NCBI GenBank assembly: GCA_963741915.1
Contig: CAVUJW010000013.1
Span: 523,791-587,790 of the forward strand
Direction: 5' to 3'
Origin: an uncultured Chloroflexia bacterium
GTDB lineage: Bacteria; Chloroflexota; Limnocylindria; Limnocylindrales; CSP1-4
DNA: 64,000 nt
In this document: one piece after another, positions 1 through 6,665 of the stretch
How the letters are laid out: each line of letters begins with the position of its first letter
How positions within the stretch are numbered: position 1 is the stretch's first letter
The notes under the pieces: model-generated
Databases searched by the model: none
Told to the model about the DNA's origin: nothing
Seen by the model: the letters and a program-made list of their open reading frames with translations, nothing else
Program-made: the position numbers and the translations under genes

Positions 1-5
1 TCCTG

Positions 6-278
6 TCACGGGTTCACCTCCCAAGGGGCCGGCACTCGGACACCGAAAGCGCCGTCAGGCCCGATCTTGACGCCGTTCCAGAAAGTCACCGTGTTCCGGA
101 AGCGTCCCCAGTTCGTCAGGAGATAGCGGATCTCGTTGCCGGTGACCGTGTTCGCATAGGGTCCCTTGTTGACGAGGACGTTGCCCACGTCCTTCACGTT
201 CGTCAAATCGAAGTGGACGCGATTGCCGGCCTTGGCTGCATCATCGAGCGTCTGGGTACTGAACTTCGTCCAATCCAT
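6..278 (-). CDS. hypothetical 90-aa protein; possible orphan toxin-like C-terminal module
   Basis: ORF track 6..278(-), same strand as the AbiEi-like gene and just downstream of it. The same frame stays open upstream to 422 (in-frame TGA at 423-425, 10 nt below the AbiEi stop at 436-438). That stretch encodes a Gly/Pro/Ala linker (GPDDLAYGPAGPTGPHALNGAAGG) with no ATG/GTG/TTG, so the real start is unclear. No family recognised. Confidence 0.3.
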   Translation of the reverse strand: MDWTKFSTQTLDDAAKAGNRVHFDLTNVKDVGNVLVNKGPYANTVTGNEIRYLLTNWGRFRNTVTFWNGVKIGPDGAFGVRVPAPWEVNP

Positions 279-435
279 GTTGAGCGGCTTGGCGAGGTTG
301 TTCAGCCTCGTTCCACCCGCCGCCCCATTGAGCGCATGCGGTCCTGTCGGGCCTGCGGGCCCGTAGGCAAGGTCGTCCGGTCCGAGCGCGATACGTTCGG
401 CATTCGTATACAGACCCTGAGCTCAGGGCGACCGA

Positions 436-1260
436 TCACGTCCGGCCCACCATGGAGAGCTCATCGAGTGCGACATTCATCCGGACACCCCAGCGTCGGT
501 CGATCTCGCCTCCCGCGGGCAAGCTCGGGTCGAGCGAGACCGGTCGACCGCGCCATCGGCGATGTGGCAGGCGTCCCACGAGGCGCTCGGCTTCGTCCAG
601 ATCGAGGGCCTCGGTGAGTGCACCGAGGCGTCGACTGACACTGCTGTTGTCGAGCCGGCCTGCATGTGAGATGAGGCGATCTTGGTCGAGTGTCGGCCAG
701 GCTCGGACGAGCGCTTCGGCCACCTCGCTGATGCCCCCGGCGTGGCGGGGGAGGTGGAGGCAGTCGAGGAAGGTCCGCTCAGGATCACTCACGGGCACCT
801 TGGCGGCGCCGATCCACCTGTCGCGCACGCCCCATTGGAACCGATCGGGTTTCGTCACGACCCAGATGACACGATCCCTGGGCGTCCGCAGCAGGCGACG
901 AGTCTTGGGAACCGCGACCCAGAGCCGGCCAACGACAGGATGCTGGAGCCACCCGTAGAGCTCGAGGGCTGATCGATAGCCGACGTAGTAGGGTGGCTGG
1001 AGTGAGTGACCGAGTCCGGCGAAGCGGTCGGCCGCGAACGACTCGCGTGTCGCCCAGATCGGGGCGACCTCGTACACTCCGCGCCGGACCCTGACGACCC
1101 ATCCCTGTCGAACGAGCCGAGACAGGAGATTCGACGTCACCTGGCTCGACATGCCGAGTAGGTCCTGTGCCTCGCCTAGCGTGAAGGTCGGAGGCTCCCG
1201 TTGGGCGAACTCCGTGACGAGGCGAGCCCCGGTCGAGCCGAGGGTCTTGGTATCGGCCAT
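436..1260 (-). CDS. AbiEi-family (type IV TA antitoxin-like) winged-HTH transcriptional regulator
   Basis: 274-aa ORF. The N-terminal wHTH segment (FTLGEAQDLLGMSSQVTSNLLSRLVRQGWVVRVRRGVYEV) and the C-terminal domain (ERTFLDCLHLPRHAGGISEVAEAL) are typical of AbiEi_4-type antitoxin regulators. Confidence 0.7.
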   Translation of the reverse strand: MADTKTLGSTGARLVTEFAQREPPTFTLGEAQDLLGMSSQVTSNLLSRLVRQGWVVRVRRGVYEVAPIWATRESFAADRFAGLGHSLQPPYYVGYRSALELYGWLQHPVVGRLWVAVPKTRRLLRTPRDRVIWVVTKPDRFQWGVRDRWIGAAKVPVSDPERTFLDCLHLPRHAGGISEVAEALVRAWPTLDQDRLISHAGRLDNSSVSRRLGALTEALDLDEAERLVGRLPHRRWRGRPVSLDPSLPAGGEIDRRWGVRMNVALDELSMVGRT

Positions 1261-1270
1261 GCATCAAGAA

Positions 1271-1309
1271 TAGTGCGCTCCTAACCACTTGGCAATTAGA
1301 AACGCACTA
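1271..1309. promoter_or_regulatory. candidate operator: inverted repeat TAGTGCG-N25-CGCACTA in an AT-richer patch just upstream of the AbiEi-like gene
   Basis: Arms at 1271-1277 and 1303-1309, 11 nt upstream of the ATG at 1260, in the locally lowest-GC stretch of the divergent intergenic region. AbiEi proteins are known to autoregulate through promoter inverted repeats. Confidence 0.3.
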
Positions 1310-1520
1310 CTTATGTTGCCCGCCTCCCACTGTCCCCTGAGTGGACCTGCCCGACCATCTGCCTCAGTGCGCGAGCCACTTAGTCGGTCGGACGGAGCCT
1401 CGCCATGCGTGCCCACCGCGTCACTGCTGAGAGCCTGTAGCCGATTGCGATTGGGGCCTTGACGGGCTGGCCGCGACGGCGCAACGTGCTATCTGCCGCT
1501 ATCAGGTATCAGAGGGTCGG

Positions 1521-1895
1521 ATGAGCGTCCGTGGGCAAAGCAACACGCGCCGTTCATCGGCGACATTCGCCGAGTTCTTGGTCGCTGTCCTATTCGGCGT
1601 CGTGATCGGCCTCCTTGTCTCGTTCTTCGTCGTTCTGTCGCTTGCCCTCGTCGTGGGGGCGCTCGCACTCGCGCTCATCGGACTCGCCCAGCGGAACGAT
1701 CGCCGAGCGGCGCTCGCGTCGGGCGTCCTCATCGGGTCCGGCGGCCTCTTCCTCTATGGCGCGATCACCACAGTCGCAGCGTGCTTGGATGATCGCTGCG
1801 GGGACGGGAACCCGTGGCTGTTCGCGCTCTTCGCCGTAACCGCCGTTGGCGTAGGTCTGGTGTCAGGGCTTGTTGCGTTCCGACGGATCCGCTGA
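1521..1895 (+). CDS. small integral membrane protein (about 4 TM), hypothetical
   Basis: 124-aa ORF with four hydrophobic spans (FLVAVLFGVVIGLLVSFFVVL, LVVGALALALIGL, VLIGSGGLFLYGAI, LFALFAVTAVGVGLVSGLVAF). Confidence 0.45.
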   Translation: MSVRGQSNTRRSSATFAEFLVAVLFGVVIGLLVSFFVVLSLALVVGALALALIGLAQRNDRRAALASGVLIGSGGLFLYGAITTVAACLDDRCGDGNPWLFALFAVTAVGVGLVSGLVAFRRIR

Positions 1896-1929
1896 CGTAG
1901 CTCGGGCGCGGCTGGGGGCGACCTCGCCA

Positions 1930-2880
1930 CCGATACGCCGTATCCGCACGCAGCCGCCGTTAGGTCGGCTCCACGCGGAGCCGACCACAGAGGTAGGCGA
2001 CGCAGGCGACCTCGAGCCAGGTCTGCGCGCCGAGTGCGGTCTGCTCGTAGCAGCGCGACAGCCGCCCCCACATGCCGAGGCGGGCGAAGGTGTTCTCGAC
2101 CTTGTAGAGCGGGCGGAGCGGGGTGAAGGTGCGCTTGCCCTTCCTCGGCTTCCCGCCGGGCTTGGCGGGCGGGAGCATCGGTGCAGCGGGCGGTCGCTTG
2201 ATGTCGAGGTTGAGGCCGTGGCCGTTGGCCAGGGCGGCCAGGCCCGTGTAGCCACGGTCGGCGACGATGGCCTTGAGGCCGGGGAGCTTCGGCTGCATGG
2301 ACGGCGGCGCGTCGAGTTGGTCCTTGAGGATCCGTCGCGCCGACTGGACGTCGTGCGGCTTGGCCGACTCGACCGACACCGCGAGCGGCAGGCCGAGGAT
2401 CTCGATCAGGATCGTGCGCTTGGGGCCGCGCGTGTAGCCGCCCCGCCCGCCAGCCTCGTGGAACGTCGGCCCGGCGCGCCCGCCCTTCACGGTCTGCCCG
2501 TCGATCATGACCATCGTCGGGTCCGCCTTGCGGTTGTGCCGGACGCGGATCTCCCGCGCGAGGACGCGCATCGCGGCTGCCCAGGTGCCGTTGTCGCACC
2601 ACCGGCGCCACTGGCTCCACACAGCCTGCCAGTCCGGGAAGCGGTCTGGAAGGTGCCGCCACTGGCAGCCGGTCCGGGCGAGCCACAGGATCGCGTCCAC
2701 GATCTCGCGCTTCGGGATCGTGCCCTTGACGCCGCGATGGACCGGCGGATCGAACAGGCCCTTGACCAGCCCCCATTCCTCGTCCGTCAGCTCGATCACC
2801 GCGCCCATGTCCGCAGCCTGCCAGCCGCCAGCGTCAGGTTGAATGGCACAAACGAGGTAGTCCGTGCGGCGTCAATCGGC
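1930..2880 (-). mobile_element. IS5-family insertion sequence (approximate ends)
   Basis: A single transposase ORF is flanked by imperfect terminal inverted repeats: ccgatacgccgtatccgcacg at 1930-1950 and cgtgcggcgtcaatcgg at 2863-2879 (reverse complement ccgattgacgccgcacg). No target duplication resolved. Confidence 0.55.
1960..2808 (-). CDS. IS5-family DDE transposase
   Basis: 282 aa. N-terminal motif ILWLARTGCQWRHLPDRFPDWQAVWSQWRRW and C-terminal YKVENTFARLGMWGRLSRCYE are hallmarks of IS5/IS427-group transposases. Confidence 0.85.
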   Translation of the reverse strand: MGAVIELTDEEWGLVKGLFDPPVHRGVKGTIPKREIVDAILWLARTGCQWRHLPDRFPDWQAVWSQWRRWCDNGTWAAAMRVLAREIRVRHNRKADPTMVMIDGQTVKGGRAGPTFHEAGGRGGYTRGPKRTILIEILGLPLAVSVESAKPHDVQSARRILKDQLDAPPSMQPKLPGLKAIVADRGYTGLAALANGHGLNLDIKRPPAAPMLPPAKPGGKPRKGKRTFTPLRPLYKVENTFARLGMWGRLSRCYEQTALGAQTWLEVACVAYLCGRLRVEPT

Positions 2881-3045
2881 TACAGGCCCTGAGTAGCATC
2901 GCGTTCGTTCCCGACCGAAACGGGTCAGTTAGGATGGTCTCAGAGCGCAGTGGCGCAAACATCGCACGGAAATCGAGACGCGACGGCTCCAAGGATTCGA
3001 AGAGACCGCCAGTTAGACGGTGTCTCTGAGTTCAGGTTCGGGATT

Positions 3046-3121
3046 TGGAGCGGGAGACGGGATTCGAACCCGCGACATTCTGCTTGGGAAGCAGACACTC
3101 TGCCAGCTGAGTTACTCCCGC
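3046..3121 (-). tRNA. tRNA-Gly (anticodon CCC), CCA encoded
   Basis: The minus strand reads GCGGGAG-TA-ACTC-AGCTGGCA-GAGT-G-TCTGC-TTCCCAA-GCAGA-ATGTC-GCGGG-TTCGAAT-CCCGT-CTCCCGC-TCCA, a complete cloverleaf with anticodon-loop centre CCC. Confidence 0.9.
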
Positions 3122-3165
3122 TTGACATTCGCCGACCTACCAGCGCCTGCCTGAGCGCGAAGGCC

Positions 3166-3194
3166 ATTCTAGCGGGCACCGACGCCTGCCACAA
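3166..3194 (-). promoter_or_regulatory. sigma70-like promoter for tRNA-Gly (TTGTGG-N17-TAGAAT)
   Basis: On the minus strand, TTGTGG is at 3194-3189, followed by a 17-nt spacer and TAGAAT at 3171-3166, about 45 nt upstream of the tRNA 5' end. The -35 lies inside a 15-bp direct duplication (ctgccacaacgctcg x2). Confidence 0.4.
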
Positions 3195-3293
3195 CGCTCG
3201 CTGCCACAACGCTCGGTCTCGATTTCGCAGCGCTGGTACAGCGGATAGCTTTCCACAGCGTCTGCTTGGATCCGCGTCAATCCCTGGCATCTG

Positions 3294-3431
3294 CGCGCCA
3301 TAGACGAGCCCGAGATCGACGATGCTGATACCAAGCTCGGGGTCGATGACCCCCAGGAGCTTCTCGACCAGTCGCGTCGAGCCGACCTCCGCACCAAGGA
3401 GCCGGTCCAGATCGAGAGGCTGATCAGGCAT
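3294..3431 (-). pseudogene. N-terminal fragment of a DUF59/SufT-like Fe-S assembly protein
   Basis: The first ~46 codons (LVEKLLGVIDPELGISIVDLGLVYGA) match the DUF59 core. After that the frame becomes non-homologous and runs through the tRNA promoter and the tRNA itself. The ATG at 3431 is 4 nt from the stop of the upstream regulator. Confidence 0.4.
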
Positions 3432-4108
3432 CCGTGGAGGCCTCGCGCGGCCCGAGATGGGCCACGCACAGGTCCGGAGCGACGAACGGTTCGAGACGGA
3501 CCGCGTCGAGGGGTGCCCCCAGCTCGCGGAGTGCCCCGCGCATCAGGCCCAGGTGGACGCCGCACACGACGGCCGGGTGCTTCCTCGCCAGCGGTTCGAA
3601 CGGGCAGTGCCGAAGCCGGATCGGTTCGCCGGGACCGACCGGCCGCTCCGGGGCAAAGCCCGCCTCGTCGAGGAGCGTGACGAGGCGATTGACGGCCTCG
3701 GCGACCGTTGGCGTCGGGGCCACCTGGGCAGCCTTCGTCCGACCCCATCGCTCGCCAGCGGTCACCGCGACGGCCGCCGCCTCGGGCCGGCGGACCAACG
3801 CATCGGCGAGGACCTGGGCGAGCTCCCGATAGGCGCGGGGATCCGGATCGTCGGCATCCGGCCCCGCGGTGTACACGCAGGCCGGGCCGCCCCCGACCCG
3901 CCGGCGCCGCGATGCTGCGGGTGACGAGCCCCGCGTCGACGAGCTGGTCGAGCTGCTCGCGGACGGAGTTCGGGTGGAGCCCGACGGTCTCGGCGAGCTC
4001 ACGCACACCGGCCGGACCGTCAGCCTGGCGGAGGACGGTGAGGAGTCTCGAGCGGGTCAGCCCGGCGAGGACGCGGTGGCGGTGCTGCAGCGATGCCATG
4101 GCTTGCAT
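3424..4108 (-). pseudogene. COG2345/ArsR-like (SufR-like) HTH regulator with three C-terminal Cys; one apparent frameshift
   Basis: The N-terminus (MASLQHRHRVLAGLTRSRLLTVLRQADGPAGVRELAETVGLHPNSVREQLDQLVDAGLV...GRGRP) is in one frame. The rest (ACVYTAGPD...RHCPFEPLARKHPAVVCGVHLGL...DLCVAHL) is in ORF 3424..4008. The junction is near 3880-3890 at a ggcc/gcc run. Confidence 0.65.
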
Positions 4109-4177
4109 TTTGCACGGAATAGGCGTAAATATCAAGTGCCAACCGTTCTGGTCGTTCGTTTGAAGGAGAGTGCGGCG

Positions 4178-4633
4178 GTGTCGAATCTGGCAGACGAGGA
4201 GGCCGCGGCGGCCATCCGAGCTCATCATGTGGGGCTCAACGAGGATCTCCGGGCGCGCGTCGCCACGCTGGGCAACGCCGTCCGGTCCGGATCCGATCAC
4301 ACCTTGGCCCAGGACGCGGTCGTCGCCTACCTCGACGGGGAGCTGCTGCCGCACGCCGCCGCCGAAGAGACGGCCCTCTATCCGGCCGGTGACACCGGCA
4401 TGACGGCGATGCTGGTCCGGGCGATGCGCGACGAGCACCGGAACCTCGTGGCCCGGGGCGGTGCATTGCGGGGAACGACGACGCGCTCGACGCGGCGATG
4501 GGGCGGGCGCGATCCTCGCGCTCTTCGAATCGCACCTGTCGAAGGAGAACGACCTGCTGATCCCGGCCCTGGTCGCGAACCCGGACGTGTCCTCGCCGAC
4601 CTGCTGCGCGGCATGCACGAGCTCGTCGGCTGA
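4178..4633 (+). pseudogene. hemerythrin-domain protein; at least 2-3 apparent frameshifts
   Basis: GTG at 4178 follows the RBS gaaggagag. Segments IRAHHVGLNEDL...ELLPHAAAEETALYPA...MRDEHRNL, then AGNDDALDAAMGRA, then AILALFESHLSKENDLLIPAL, then LADLLRGMHELVG lie in three different frames. Confidence 0.6.
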
Positions 4634-4976
4634 ACGAGAACACGCGGCCAGCGATGAGGTGCGAGCCGCCCAGCACTCGGCGGCGTACCGATGACCGACG
4701 TCGGACAGGCTCGAGACTCGCCTCCACGATCTGACTTCGACGCACCGAGCCGGTGACTCGAGCTCAAGTCAACGACCATGACAAGCCGCTCTACTACCAG
4801 TTCGCGGCCGAGCACGCTGGAGCGTTGCGATACCTTGAGCAGGGTCACGGTCGTCTGGCGGGTTAGGATCGGGCGCCCGGCGAGGTACGTGGCTCAGCTG
4901 ACGACCGCCGCGAGGCTCCGACTGTCGCCCTCGGGTCAGCGACCTGGGAGGACACCGCCATCGTGAGGGGCACCCG

Positions 4977-6184
4977 ATGGACCGAATGGAGGTTTCGATG
5001 GCACTCAATGGCAAGCCCGCCCCAGATGACGCCCGGCTCGGCGAGCCCGACGACTCCGCTCCGGTCGTTCGCGATCCAAACGGTGTGACGGCCGTCCTGA
5101 CCCGCCGTGCCCTGCTTCAGCGGGGAACCCTGGCCATTGGCGGTCTGAGCGCGGCGACGATCGTTGCTGCGTGTGCCGCGCCGTCTGCGCCCGATTGGAC
5201 CTTTGGGCGGCCGCTCGCCCCGGCGGCAGGTGCGAGCGCAGGGACATCCGCGACCCCAGCTTCGGCGGCTCCGGCGGGTCCGGCGGCGACCGCGGCTGCG
5301 TCGACCACCACCGCCACACCGACGCCCTCGGCAAGCGCGGCCGCCGGCCACGGCCCAGCCCAGCCGATTTCGCGCTACCGCCGCCGAACCGCCCGCACGT
5401 CGTGGCGCCGGTCGAGTTCAAGCTGACGGCTCACGATGGACCCGGACAGGCGATCCTGATCAAGGCGGACACGACCTACAACTCGATGAACTTCGACGGT
5501 CAGGTTCCCGCGCCGACGCTCCGGGTCACCGAGGGAGACACCGTCCGGTTCACGTTGACGAACGCTGGCGCGATCCCCCACTCGATCGATTTCCATGCCG
5601 CGCAGACGCCGTGGAGCAAGAACTACCAGGAGGTTCCTGCTGGTTCGTCATTCACCTTCGAGTGGACGGCCCGCTATCCCGGAGTGTTCATGTACCACTG
5701 CGGGACGCCGCCGGTCCTGATGCACATCGGCGACGGCATGTACGGCGCGATCATCGTGGACCCGAAGGCGGGACGGCCGAAAGCCCGCGAGTTTGTCGTC
5801 GTCCAGAGCGAGTTCTATGGCACGGGCGGGGACTACAACGCGATGATGAACAACCCGCCGGATGTCGTCTGCTTCAACGGCCAGGCCTTCCGCTACAAGA
5901 CGGCCCCGCTCAAGGCCTCCGTGGGCGAGCTCGTCCGCTTCTTCGTCATGAACGCCGGCCCGAGCAGCACCTCGGCATTCCACGTCATCGGCGAGCTGTT
6001 CGATGCGTACGAGCCAGAAGGGAATCCCGCGAACCGGATGGGGATGCACCAGACGATCATGGTGCCGCCGGGAGACGGGGCCATGGTGGAGCTCACCTTC
6101 GATGAAGCAGGAACCTACCCGTTCGTGACCCATAAGTTCAGCGACGCGGAGCGAGGCGCGGTCGGGCTCATCGAGGTCGCGTGA
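4977..6184 (+). pseudogene. nirK: copper-containing nitrite reductase (NirK-type two-domain multicopper protein), Tat lipoprotein signal; one apparent frameshift near 5350
   Basis: The Tat/lipobox leader TRRALLQRGTLAIGGLSAATIVAAC is in ORF 4977..5426. The mature part is in ORF 5171..6184, with HSIDFHAA (T1/T2 Cu His plus catalytic Asp) and YHCGTPPVLMHIGDGMYG (Cys-His-Met T1 ligands). Confidence 0.75.
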
Positions 6185-6248
6185 GCCGCCATGACGATCG
6201 GATCGACAACGACGCAGCCGCCGCGAGCCGAACGTCGAGCCCCGCCGG

Positions 6249-6542
6249 GTGCTCCTTGAGCGCTTTGGCGAGGAGCGCCTCGTCCGGGAGGGGGTGCCGA
6301 GCTCGTCGCCGAGGACGAGGTCGGCCGGCTCTGGCGTCCGCAGGATCGAGGAGCCCCGCCGGTGGGTCCGCACCGAGGAGCCGATCGTGATGGTGGAGGT
6401 GCACAGCTCGACCCTGGAGCCCGACGCCTCGCGCCGGACCTACTACCTGCGCGTGCCGCCGGCGATGCGCGCGCCGCGCGAGGCCGTCGCCTGGACGTTC
6501 GGGCTGGCGTCGATGGGGTACCGGCCGGAAGCCGAGTCATGA
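6249..6542 (+). CDS. conserved hypothetical small protein (C-terminal YYLRVPP...REAVAWTFG motif); possibly frameshifted near 6290-6335
   Basis: ORF 6249..6542. The C-terminal 50 aa look protein-like (IVMVEVHSSTLEPDASRRTYYLRVPPAMRAPREAVAWTFGLASMGYRPEAES). The alternative frame gives GAELVAEDEVGRLWR at 6293-6335. Confidence 0.35.
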   Translation: MLLERFGEERLVREGVPSSSPRTRSAGSGVRRIEEPRRWVRTEEPIVMVEVHSSTLEPDASRRTYYLRVPPAMRAPREAVAWTFGLASMGYRPEAES

Positions 6543-6665
6543 CTGCGGCTTGGTGGTCGGGGCGACGGCGCGCCCAGCGCGCCCAGTACTTCTTTGCCGT
6601 TGCCGGTTCGGCCCCGGCACCGCACCGTGGTGCCCCCGGGCACCTGCCCGGATCAGGACGGATGC

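Noticed and set aside
2985-3003. ggattcgaa near 2991 as a possible att-type duplicate of the tRNA-Gly T-arm
   Set aside because: Only 9 nt match the tRNA (gggattcgaacc). This is too short to support an integration-site repeat.
2940-3431. 163-aa minus-strand ORF as a full-length protein
   Set aside because: Only the first ~46 codons resemble DUF59. The rest reads through the tRNA-Gly promoter and the tRNA gene itself, so I annotated only a fragment.
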